A stretch of 64,000 bases of DNA from Vicugna vicugna (Eukaryota): assembly GCA_013265495.1 (NCBI GenBank), contig MU058037.1, positions 1,861,498 to 1,925,497 on the forward strand, in the 5' to 3' direction. The notes under the pieces are model-generated. The model was not told the DNA's origin, searched no databases, and was given only the letters and a program-made list of their open reading frames with translations. The translations under genes were made by a program, and so were the position numbers. Below, one piece after another: positions 1 through 10,504 of the stretch (position 1 is the stretch's first letter; the number at the start of each line of letters is the position of its first letter).

Positions 1-149
1 ACAGAGGCCTTTTTTAAATTCTAGCAAACCTGATCCCAGGCACTTGCCAGCAAAGTCTTAGTCTTGTTAACTGATACTGGTAATGAAGTGCATCTGAAAC
101 CAAGCTTCTTATAAGCAAAAGGTATCTCCATTTTCAGATCAAGTTCTTT

Positions 150-650
150 TCTTTTTTTAGGATAATTTTTTCCTGATTATAATCAAGACATGTGTCTGTT
201 GTGGAAAGTTTGGAAAATACATGAAAGAATAGGGAAGGAAGTAACATTACTCAAAAGTCAATTCCTACAGATAACCAGTGTTAAACTTGTACCGTATTTT
301 CTTTCAAAGTTGAGATTTTACTCTGCACATAATTTTTAAAACATTATAACCATATTCATTTAAAGTAATATTTTAAAGTATTATTTTAATGAATGTATAT
401 TAGCCCATTGTGTGAATACACTAATTATTTTAGTTTGCTGTAATTTATTTATTAATTCACTCAATATTGGACATTGTACACTTAGGTTTCCAATTATTCA
501 GAATGATAAATAACCCTGTCAAAATATTCATTGGTCTCTATAATTATTTTAATAGGTTAGGTATCCATGTTCATCTTTTAAGTTCTTAACAGCCTCTCAG
601 ATTGCTTTCCAAGAAAACTGTAATACACTCACCTGCTAATTTTATAGGTG
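150..650 (-). mobile_element. Ancient L1 (L1ME-like) 3' fragment
   Basis: Degenerate antisense L1 3' UTR motifs (ttggacatt...ttaggtttcc, gccattgtgtgaata, cagattgctttccaagaaa); boundaries approximate. Confidence 0.55.
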
Positions 651-1194
651 AAAAATTAGATCTTTCTATTCCACTTCTTTTTAATTAAAATTTGGCTAGT
701 ATAGAGACCATTCTGGATGCAAATCAAGAAAACAAGAGTAGAAGGAGTGGTGGCTTTGACTCTCTTTATGGTCCAGCCATAGGGGAAGGACAGTGCCCGT
801 GGCTTCCACTTCCATCTTCTCTGAGGTCTTGCCTGGTGGTTGAGGAGCCGCAAGGAGAGACCTCTCTATAAGAATACTTCTTAGAGTGTAATAAAACCAC
901 AATTCATATTTTATTAGCACTCTTCAGTTTATTAAGTTCCTTCACATTTATTGTTATAGTAGATTCTCAAACATCCTTTCTAAGGATGGTGTTCTTATGG
1001 AGATACATGGGTCCCTATGCTCTCAGGTTGCTAGAGTCCTCCATTTCCCCTAGCTTTTCTGGCCGTAGAAGTATTCTAGGCTGGCATGTGATAGATTAAC
1101 GGCTCGAAATTAAACTCCTTTCTGTTATTTTAATACTCTTTATGTTGTTACAGTCCTCTCTGTTATTCTTGCTGTTGTACCACAGTTCCTATTG

Positions 1195-1356
1195 CAAAGG
1201 CAGATGTATGGAAAAGAATTTAAGCTTCAGGGCCTCTCAATTGCATAGGTATTTTTGAAGGCCCTGTACTCAATTCTGTATTTGTAGTTTTGCCACCTTT
1301 TTAAAAAAAAGCCCCCCCAAAATGTGTAGGCTCCAAAAAATCTGGATCCACCCCTG
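1195..1356 (-). mobile_element. MER53-like hAT MITE
   Basis: Reverse strand begins CAGGGGTGGATCCAGATTTTTTGGAGCC and contains GGCCCTGAAGCTTAA, as in the MER53 consensus. Confidence 0.7.
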
Positions 1357-1923
1357 CTCCATAGATAGTAGGACCCTAAGAGCATAAATATAACTGCCAG
1401 GGGTTCTGGGGTAGGAGAAAGTGGTTAGAAACTTTCAGTTTGGGCTGGAGAGGGCAAAATATTGCTAGAGTATGGGCTGTAAAACTGATAATGCCAAATC
1501 TTTAAGCGCCTCCCAAATGTCTCTCTCAGGCAACAGACGCAATCATTTTCTTCAGAAGAATCCTGTGTCATTGGCCTCCTCAGGGACAAAGCTTAGCTGA
1601 TAACTGATTAGCATCGAGTCAGGACCCAGGGACCTTGGAGGCAAGGTGGGCAGAGGAGAGGCATTGCCCAAGTTGAGGACCTTGTAGAGAGGGCACAGTT
1701 GAGGCCAGATTGAGCTGATGTAAAAGTAAATGGATCTTGGTGTTTATAAGTTTGGGGAGGCACAGTACGCACAATGGGGGCCACTTATCTCAAATTATGA
1801 ATAAATTAGACATTGTATTAAAGACTTTAAACCCAACATATGATGAGTTACCTATCTTGTCTTGCCTGAATTGGCTTAGTTTCACCTCTGACTGGGCTTC
1901 CATCTGTGGTCAGGTCTATCAGT

Positions 1924-2417
1924 AAGGAGTTCTCACACTTTTTTGTGCCATGAGCCCCTTTGACATATGATGAAGCCTATGAATTGAAACCTCTTCTCAG
2001 AATAATGGTTTTAAATGTGTAAAATAAATTATGCACGATTGCAGAGGAAACCAGTTATACTGAAATATGGTTATCAAAATACTTATGAAACAAGTCTGTG
2101 ATATAGTGAGATAGTGTTTCTTTATTAAGCTTTTAAAATCCAAGATCCAGTAGTTAGTCTGCAAACTGTCGTAATTTCAATGTAGTGATGAGCATAAACA
2201 ATGTTTAGATGTCTGCATCAATTGTAATGTGATATGAAAATGTCTCTGATTCCTATTGATGGTGAAGTCACAGGTACAGCTAATGCTAGTGTGGTTTTTT
2301 GCCTACATTCATATTTGAAGGAAATCCTCAATTTCACTTAGAGGTTTGTGAAAATAAAAACGTAAATTTTCTCCCACTTATGTTCACAAAACCCTGAATT
2401 TTATCCACAGATCTCTA
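1924..2417 (+). mobile_element. Charlie4a-like hAT DNA transposon fossil
   Basis: ttttttgtgccatgagcccctttg...gaagcctatg...cttctcagaataatg...ggaaaccagttatactgaaata matches the Charlie4 5' end; ~500 bp. Confidence 0.7.
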
Positions 2418-2480
2418 CTGGTCAGTACAGATGCGATCTCACATTTTTAGTTGCTTGGGGTAGATATAAAAGCTATTATA

Positions 2481-2610
2481 GAGGCGAGGGTATAGCTCAG
2501 TGGTAGAGTGCATGCCTAGCACGCACGAGGTCCTGGGTTCAATCCCTAGTACCTCCATTAAAACAAACAAACAAACTTGATCCCCCCCCCAACAAAAAAT
2601 AAAAATAAAG
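2481..2610 (+). mobile_element. Camelid tRNA-derived SINE (Vic-1 type)
   Basis: GAGGGTATAGCTCAGTGGTAGAG (A box)...GGTTCAATCCC (B box), (AAAC)n, C-run, A-rich tail; TSD TAAAAGCTATTAT at 2467-2479 and 2611-2623. Confidence 0.92.
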
Positions 2611-2617
2611 TAAAAGC

Positions 2618-3001
2618 TATTATGGGCTGAACTGTGTCTCCTTCAAATTCATATGTTGGCATTCTCATCTCTAGTACCTCAGAATGTGACTATATTTGGA
2701 GACAGAGCCTTTAAAAAGGTAGTTAAGGTAAAAAGAAATCATATGGGTGAGCCATAATCCAACATGACTGGTGTCCTTGAAGAGAAGATTAGGAGACGCA
2801 CACATACACGGAGAAAATCACTTGAAGACACAGGGACAAGACGGCCATGTATAAGCTGAGGAGAGAGATCTCAGAAGACACCAACACTGCTGACACCTCG
2901 ACCTCAGGCTTCTGGCGTCCAGAGTTGTGAGAAAGTAACTTCTGCTATTTAAGCCATGGAGACTGCGGACCTTTGTTATGTAGCCCTAGCGGACTGATAC
3001 A
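2618..3001 (+). mobile_element. MLT1B-like MaLR solo LTR
   Basis: tattatgggctgaactgtgtc...tacctcagaatgtgac...gaagacacagggacaagacggcc...tagccctagcggactgataca; ~385 bp. Confidence 0.85.
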
Positions 3002-3589
3002 TCCTCTGAGCGCCCCCCTGGGTAGAAGAACTACGTCATTCTCCCCGGTGAGGAGGGGTAGGGGGCTCGGAGTTTCCCAGGGAGGCAGAGCACGTGTGAA
3101 GACCTAAAGTCCAGAGAGGGCATGTAGCTCCATGTAGTGGATGCATGGAGTAAGGAAGGTAATCAATTAAAAGATAGTATCCAGATTAATAAACATCTTG
3201 ATTGACTGAAAGATAATATTTAACAGTAGTAGTAATGCTGAAATTATGACTTTGTAAAGCACTTTATGGCATTCCAAACTTATTCACATATATTAACTTT
3301 CTGACCCTAAGTCAACTGTTGGAGATCAGTAGTACAACCAATCTTATTATTATACAGATGAGGACATTGAAGTTCTCCAAAGTTAGGTTCTAGTGTGATT
3401 CAGAAAACAGACTCCATAATTATACAGTGAAAGAAAACTTGATTAATATTAATAGTAGTTGCTATGAAGTAAAAGTTAGTTTTTATGGAGTAAAAACTGA
3501 CAGAGCTAATCACAGATTCTCAGTATGAAACGGACTCTAAGATAGTCATCCAAGTTTAGGATGCATTAACGGCAGTATAATGTCTAGAT

Positions 3590-3793
3590 CTACACTGTCC
3601 ATATTGGTAGCTTTTGGCTTCATATGGCTAATTAAATTTAAAATAACTAAAAATAAGTTAAATGTTCACTTCCTGAGAAACATCAGCCACATTTCTAGTG
3701 TTCAATAGCCATATGTGGCTAGTGGCTACTGTATTAGACAGTGCAGACATAGAACATTTCTGTCATCACAGGAAGTTCTACTGGATAGCACTG
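3590..3793 (+). mobile_element. MER3 hAT-Charlie MITE
   Basis: gccacatttctagtgttcaatagccatatgtggctagtggctactgtattagacagtgcag core; degenerate TIRs; 8-bp TSD GTCTAGAT/TTCTGGAT. Confidence 0.85.
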
Positions 3794-3839
3794 TTCTGGA
3801 TCAAAGTAATAGTCCAGTGAGTAGTCAGATAATATTTGG

Positions 3840-3883
3840 TATAATATTACATGGTAACTAATATAATATTACATGGTAACTAA
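3840..3883. repeat. Perfect 22-bp tandem duplication
   Basis: TATAATATTACATGGTAACTAA x2. Confidence 0.95.
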
Positions 3884-4106
3884 TTATCTTCACATATAAT
3901 TTTTGAAGATATAATTTATTGGTCTTCTACTATGAGGAACTGAGTCTGATTCTGGTGCTTAATGTATAATATCTGTAATTGTCTCAACAACTTGGCAAGA
4001 TGATCTTTTTGCTCCATTTTGTATATGAGAAAAATAAGGTCAACTAGTTAGTAAGAGATAGAGATAGGACTTGAACCCATAGCTATTCCACTAAATGCTG
4101 TTTTCT

Positions 4107-4146
4107 TTTTTTTTTTTAATTTTTTTGGTGGTGGGGGAGGTGATTA
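4107..4146 (-). mobile_element. Severely 5'-truncated retrotransposon insertion (probable SINE tail)
   Basis: Poly-T plus GGTGGTGGGGGAGGTGATTA between exact 14-bp TSDs AAATGCTGTTTTCT (4093-4106, 4147-4160). Confidence 0.75.
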
Positions 4147-5361
4147 AAATGCTGTTTTCTACTATCACATCATATGGAAAAACAGTCCAGTTTATTCCAC
4201 AATGTTATGGAGGGTGGACTTGTAATCAGTGGTGGAAATTGCAGGAAGGCTGATTTTAGTTCATCTAAGGAAGAACTTTATAACAATAACAGTGATTCAA
4301 CAATGAATTTTGGAACCTTGGGTGAGGGTCTCTGAAAGTATTTGGGCTGAGAACCATAAGCTGTTGGAAAGAAGACCTTTTTTTAAAATCTAGTTTGAGG
4401 GTTAGACTAGATGATCCTAAGATTTCTTCCAACTCTAACGGTCTATATAATAGTTGAATAACATTACATAATGAGATTTGTAATCATTTAATGTAATCAT
4501 TTAATGCCCTTCAATTGGCAAGGAGTAGATTTTTTTGCCAAAAACTATTTTCAAAGCAATATCAAAATATTCATTTGCGCTTTTTATCTAAAATGTTTTA
4601 TTGTCCATTTATCCTCATAGGTCATAGTATAAAATTGGCTAAATTTTAACATATTCTTTTAGATTAAAAAGTGAAAAATGAAGTTGAAACATCAAGGAAA
4701 GTTAGGTTCACATAAATGATCTTGAAGAAAATACTAAAAATTTTGAGGTGAACTGAGGAATAAGAAAAGAATAGCTTTAACATATTTTCAACAATTAGAG
4801 ATTTCAGATTCTGAAACAGTACAATATTATTGAAATTCAAGAATAGCTATATAGATGTCAAACTTTCCCCACACTTTCTATATCTGTCAGAGGTAGAAGT
4901 ATCCCTATGTTGCTTTTATTTTATTGTTTAATAAACCTTATATTAATGTACAATTACATACAGAAATGTGCACAAATCACAAGTCCATATGTGTACAATT
5001 GCATGAATTTTCAGAGTGGACACAGTCATCATATTACCTGCACCACAGAAGGCCCTGCCATGTTCCCTTCCAATCAAAACCCCTTCCCCTCACCTATAAT
5101 AGACTAGTTTTACCTGTTTATAAACTGTATACATGGAATCATACACAATGTCCTCTTTTGCCTCTGGCTTCCTTCACTCAACATTACGTTGATGAGAGTC
5201 ATTCATGTGGTTATGTGTAGTTTTAGTTTGCTCACTTTCAAAGCTATACAGTATTTCATTGTGTGAATGTACCCCAATATGTTTATCTATTATATGCATG
5301 ATGGACATTAGGGTTATTTCTAGTTGAGGATATTAAGACTAGTGTTGCTATAAGCATACTT

Positions 5362-6010
5362 TTTTCTCTTTTTAAATTAATTTTTTATTGTGGTAAAATA
5401 AACATAACAAAATTGTTATGATCATTTTAGCCAGTTTAAGTGTATTTTCTTCACAATGTTGTACAAACATCACCACTATCCATTTCCAGAAATTTTCCAT
5501 TATTCCAAACAGAAACTCTGCACAGACAGACCTATTTTATTACACTTCATTTTATTGTGGTTTGCAGATACTGTGTTTTTTACAAATTGAAGATTTGTAG
5601 CAACCATGTGTCAAGCAAGTCTTATTGGTGCCATTTTTCTAATAGCATTACTTTTTAATTAAGGTATGTACTTTTTTGGATATAATGCTATTGCACACTT
5701 AAAAGACTAGTGAAACATGACTTTTATATGCACTGGAAAACCAAAACATTATTGTGACTCACCTTATTGTGATATTTGCTTTATTGTGTGGTCTGGAAAT
5801 GAGCCTGTAATATCTTCGAGGTATGCCCATACTCATTAAACAATAACTCCCCACTCCTTCCTCCTCCCAGCCTCTTATAACCTTTACTCTACTTTCTGTC
5901 TCTATAAATTTGCCTACTCTAGGTACCTTTGTCCTTTTGTGACTAGCTTCTTTCACTTAGCACTTTTTAAAGGTTCGTCCATGTGGTAGCATGTGTCAGA
6001 AAACCATTCC
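5362..6010 (-). mobile_element. L1MB-like 3' end nested in older L1
   Basis: T-rich tail then ttattgtggtaaaata...caccactatccatttccagaa...; TSD TAAGCAT(A/T)CTT at 5351-5361 and 6011-6021. Confidence 0.8.
5523..5829. mobile_element. Internally deleted Tigger1 (non-autonomous, Tigger1a-like)
   Basis: Both ends resemble the CAGGCATACCTC TIR (cagacagacct.../...gaggtatgccca); inserted at the TA of the L1 motif gaaactctgTAcccattaaac. Confidence 0.85.
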
Positions 6011-6226
6011 TAAGCATTCTTGTACACATCTTTTGGTGAACATGTATTCATTTCTGTTGGGTTCTACCTAGGAATGGGATTGCTGGGTCATCTAGTCCAA
6101 CATTTTTCCAAGGCTAGTGTGATCTGCTACACTTCTCCAGACTTTCTCTCCCTTATCCCTTGTTTTTGTCCCTTGTGTTCCGTCCACAATCATGGCAATG
6201 TTGCTGCAATATGAAAAATTCTTGCT

Positions 6227-6275
6227 ATTACTCCATCTCCTCTTCAACCTGTTGTTGAAGAGGAGATGGAGTAAT
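6227..6275. repeat. Perfect 22-bp inverted repeat with 5-nt loop
   Basis: ATTACTCCATCTCCTCTTCAAC (6227-6248) / CTGTT / GTTGAAGAGGAGATGGAGTAAT (6254-6275). Confidence 0.97.
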
Positions 6276-6278
6276 GTA

Positions 6279-6314
6279 TCCAGAGAAAGCCTACCAGACT
6301 ACTTCAATGGAGTC
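6279..6314 (+). repeat. Exact 36-bp dispersed copy of 7110-7145
   Basis: TCCAGAGAAAGCCTACCAGACTACTTCAATGGAGTC is identical at both positions. Confidence 0.97.
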
Positions 6315-6349
6315 CAACAACATTGTTGTTGTTGCTGTCAATATTCTTC

Positions 6350-6600
6350 TTCATATATACTCAGTTGAACAAAAAATAATAAAGTGAACGCTGTACACCC
6401 ATTACCCAGTTCAAGAAATAGAACGTTAGTAGTGTCTAGGAAACCCCTATATGCTCCTCCCTAATCACATCCTCCTCCTTCCCCTCACAGAGATAACTAC
6501 TATCTTGAATTTTGTGCTAGTTATTCCCTCACTTTTCTCTATATTTTGCCACCTATATATCCCCAAACAATCTATTGTTTGGTTTCACCTATTTTTGAAC
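6350..6600 (-). mobile_element. L1ME-like 3' fragment
   Basis: acccagttcaagaaatagaacgtt...cagagataactactatcttgaattttgtg. Confidence 0.6.
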
Positions 6601-6602
6601 AA

Positions 6603-6853
6603 GACAGGGGAGCTGGAGTATTTCTAGTTTTGTACCTGTCAGTCATTACTTAAGGACTGCCCCTAAAGGACATCAGTTTCCAGGCTCTGCCAGTAGTCGG
6701 TGGACATAGGCAAAGAGGAGGGGCTCTGGCAACCTAAGGGCAGACCTCAGACCAAGAGATGCAGGTGCTGGCTGTTGGGATGGAAAGCACACTGGGGGTC
6801 AATGTGCATAAAAATGGTAAAGGAATGAAGTGGATATAGGTGGAGTCTGCTCT
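6603..6853 (-). mobile_element. LTR33-like ERVL LTR fragment
   Basis: ggagctggagtattt...gtcagtcatt...agagatgcaggtgctggctgttgg...aaatggtaaagg...gatataggtgg. Confidence 0.65.
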
Positions 6854-6934
6854 GGCTATTGACTATAATAGCTTCCTAAGTGAACCTTCCTGCATTGGTT
6901 TCTTTCCCATACAATCCATTTTCCAGTCACAATT

Positions 6935-7290
6935 ACTCATTCATTCAAATACTCTACAAATGTTTATTGAATACTTATGACATGCCAGGCATACTCTCTG
7001 CCTGGTGGATCTTATAGTTTAGCAGGGTAGACAGACTCTAGAGAAACAATTACAAGTGGGATCACAGTATTAAATAGGAAGTAAGATCAGGGTATTATGG
7101 GAACATATGTCCAGAGAAAGCCTACCAGACTACTTCAATGGAGTCTTGGAGGAGTTGTCTAAAAAAAAAGAGCAAAAGAAGGGGACAGAATGGGTGGGGG
7201 GAGGGATGAGGGTGAAAGGAGGGCACTCGAGGCAGAGGGGACCTTCTGTGCCAAATTTCAGAGTTGAAAGAGAGGATTTCAAAGAACAGA
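6935..7290 (-). mobile_element. L2 3' fragment
   Basis: cattcattcaa...aaatgtttattgaatacttatgacatgccaggc (L2 3' end), then tattatgggaaca...gaggcagagggga. Confidence 0.7.
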
Positions 7291-8648
7291 AAGTACTAAG
7301 TTCAAAGCCATGGTTGTCTGGAGGAACACTTCTCAAAAATTATGTCACAAATAAAACATTATGAATTGGTTTGTGGCTAAAATAAGGTTCGAGAAATAAT
7401 TGGGAAGTTTGGGCCTTCAGAGATCTGAATTAGGAGAAGGGAACAGATGCATCAACTTGAGCAATGTTTGAGAAACTTCGTTGCCTGTTGAATTAGAAAA
7501 AGCATAATCAATGGAACTAGCACTCTGTATTTATTGGGCTGATTTTTGTCCATATTTAAATCTTTATGTTTTGGCCGGTACCTGAAATGTGGCCTGTCCA
7601 AAAGCAGGAAAGAAGAATTACTGAATTAATTATTTAGGGCTCTGGTCACGATTCTAATCATTTCTAATCATTTCTTGATGTGAAACCACAACTTCTTCCT
7701 CTGTTAGAATCATCATTATCTGTCATTGAATGCACCTGGCTTTCAACATGAATGTATGGATTTCACATATTTTATGTGCAAATCAGGGATGGAGGCTCAT
7801 GTAAATTTTAATATACTAAATTTCATGTCAAAATAAATATTCTTGCTTAAATTTCAAATGCACATCTGTGTATGATCTCAGTAGCAACCCAAAGTTCCTC
7901 ACTCCTTTGACCCAGTCAGTTTGGACAATCCCCAGCTCTGGGTAAACCTCCTTATCCATTTTTTCACCTTCTCAAAACTCCCAAGTATTGTTTGAGAAAG
8001 TCATGTAACCCTAATGATTAATTATATTTGAAATTACTTTTATATGATCTCAGGTGAAAGCTATTTAATTCCTTTGTTTTGATTTATTCCCTTCCTTATA
8101 CTCATTTTTCCAACCCCACCTTTTCACTTCCTCAAGCTCCCCCCTCCATTACTTTGCCACTACCTATCTCAGCCTCTCTGACAAAAAAAATTATATATAT
8201 ATGTATGTATATCTTTTCTTCCTTTATTAAAGGAAAAAGTGTCCTTTTCCTTTCTAAAAGTTACCTTTCTCTCCTCTTGAATACTAGACTCCTTCTTTTC
8301 CAGGACCCCAACCCTCTTCCTTTTATCTGCAAGTCTCACATCCCATTGGCCTTTTTCTCTCAGATGTTCTCATTGCTTTCATCCTTCCAAAGCACCTTCT
8401 CAACCTCCAGGTCTCCCGAGTGGCTATCTATCAACCTTCCTTCACCTCCATAGTTATTACTCTAAGAACAGTCTACCTTTGTTTTCTCTGTGTCCACTTC
8501 CAATTCACTTTTTAACCCACTTGAAACTCGTGGCACTCAAACTTGGTTCCCCTATCAATACTTCCCATCAGCACTTGCTGCCTCTGTAGCCTAATTTCCT
8601 GCTCATTCTTCAACCCATTTCACTTCTCTGCTGAAATAGGACCTACGA

Positions 8649-8824
8649 CACTGGTTCTCGACCTTGGCTACACATTGGAACCACTTGGGAAGATTTTAAA
8701 AGTCCCGATCCCCAGGCTGCACCTCAGGGCACTGACATTGAAAACTCTGGGGTGGGACCCAGACATTAGCAGTTTCCATATCTCCACTGATGTTTCCAAT
8801 GTGCAGCCAGAGTTGAGAACCGTG
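8649..8824. mobile_element. MER5B-like hAT MITE
   Basis: cactggttctcgaccttggctacacattggaaccacttggg...tgtgcagccagagttgagaacc; TIRs present. Confidence 0.8.
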
Positions 8825-8879
8825 GCACTTAGCCTTACCGCCGGCTCCTGTGTCAAAATCCTTTCCTAAAGCTCCTGGT

Positions 8880-9090
8880 AGGGAGGCAGTGTGATGTTGG
8901 AATCAGACAAATCTGACTTTGAATCCTGGTCACACAACTCATTATTTTTGTAACTTTCAGAAAGTTATTTAATTAATGTTTCTGCATCTCATTTTCCTCA
9001 CCTATAAAGTTAGGATAGCAATACTTAATTTTTGTAAAAATTAAATGGGTTAGTTTATGCAAGATACTTGGCACATGGTAGGCCCTCAGG
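8880..9090 (+). mobile_element. MIR SINE
   Basis: ggaatcagacaaatctgactttgaatcctgg...ctcattttcctcacctataaa core. Confidence 0.7.
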
Positions 9091-9329
9091 ATATGTGCTC
9101 TCTACAGCTCTCTGACTCCTCCTTCCCTTCTCCCACATGTGCTGAGTGTTCCATCCTCCCACCAAAACAATGCTATTTCCTGCCTCCGTCTTTTCTCTGT
9201 TTTTCTGTATTTTCTCCTTTAGTTTTAATTTTCAGTCCTAATCAAATGATTTTCCTATTTCGCTTTCTAGGCCCACTTTCCTCCTGCACTGTGTGCTCCT
9301 TTTCCAAGCCTTTGTCAGACATCTTCTGA

Positions 9330-9857
9330 TGTATTTCTTTAGTACCCAGGGTTCTTACTTTGCAAACCACAGAAACTGACTCTTATGGATTTAACCAGGA
9401 AAACAACTTATTGAAAAGATGTTGGCTCTCTCCCAGCATCCCTGGGAAGATTAGAAAACCAGGTTGGAAAACAGGCACGATTGTAGAGAGGTTTCATACC
9501 TGGGACTCTGGCCAAAATCACTCAGCAGATTCAGAGTGAAGAAAGCACTGCTGAATGCTGGATACTGCAGCTTCTAATGGACACTGGATCCTGCCACTGC
9601 CATCACCTCCAAAAGAATTCTCCCCTGGACTTGCATTTTTGCATCACTAACTCCAGATTCAAACCCCAAGACAGGCATGTCTGTTTGGCCAAAGCTAGGC
9701 TCAACTGTACCCAAGCAGCAAGAGAGGCAGGAAAGCAAATATTTGGCTTTTTATACTTCTGTAGTGGGCATTGGGCTCTACCTTCTAACAAGACTTACAC
9801 AGCGGGGAAAGTCCCCAGTATGGGATGGGCACTCAAAAAAGGCAAATGCCTACTACA
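9330..9857 (-). mobile_element. MLT1K/L-like MaLR LTR
   Basis: cagggttctt...tgcaaaccacagaaactgactct...ttattgaaaagat...ggcaaatgcctactaca. Confidence 0.65.
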
Positions 9858-10504
9858 GTGTCCTATAAATACCTCAAACTTAACATGCCCCAACCAATCT
9901 GTATTCCACTTCACCCTCACTCCTCCCACCCCCTGCTCAAACTGGGCTTGCCATTTGGTTTCTTTATTCACTTAATGATATCACAGCTCTGATATTTCTT
10001 GAGCAATTTCCAGACTCTGGATTTGCTTTTCTTCTTCTTCAGGTTAGATCCCTACTCCTTCAACCTTCTACATTTATATCTACTTGCTTCAAATGTACAT
10101 GATGAAGCTTTGTCATTTTTTAAGACTCATCTCAGAAATCACCTCCTCCATGGGCCTTCTCTGATCCTTTAATCAGGATGACTTTCTCTTTCCTTTGTGC
10201 TCCCACAGCACTAAAATTTAGTTGCTTATATATGGCTCTACCTTACTATGCTGTTAACTCTGAATTAAGGATACATTCTATTTATCTTTGCCTCCCCATC
10301 ACTTAAACCTAATGCCTTGTACATAGTAAGTCACTCAAATTATGATTTGTTAGTGGAAATGCTTCATGCTAAAGCTCTTCCCCGTCATAGATAATTATGC
10401 TTATCACCACATCAAAGACATAATTGAGTATAAGCTGCATTGTTGTTTTATGTGCTAAATAAAATAAATTTTTTAAATTGCCAATAAAACCATGATATGA
10501 TACA

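Larger units (their letters stand above)
4915..6095 (-). mobile_element. Old L1 (L1ME/L1MD-like) 3' region interrupted by nested elements
   Basis: Antisense L1 3' UTR (ggaatcatacacaatg...cttccttcactcaaca...gatggacatt) breaks at ~5361 and resumes at 6011 (cattcttgtacacatcttttggtgaaca...attgctgggtc). Confidence 0.75.

Noticed and set aside
2481..2556. tRNA gene (also 14478-14551)
   Set aside because: A and B boxes are present, but both copies have SINE tails and TSDs, so they are tRNA-derived SINEs.
3006..3024. CTCF site (GCGCCCCCCTGG)
   Set aside because: Only the GGGGGCGC half matches; the rest of the core does not.
6227..6275. Rho-independent terminator or known pre-miRNA
   Set aside because: Eukaryotic context, no match to any miRNA I recognise, and better explained as a snap-back insertion.
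8079..9975. ORFs of 108-132 aa
   Set aside because: They overlap low-complexity, MER5B and MLT1 sequence and have non-protein-like composition.
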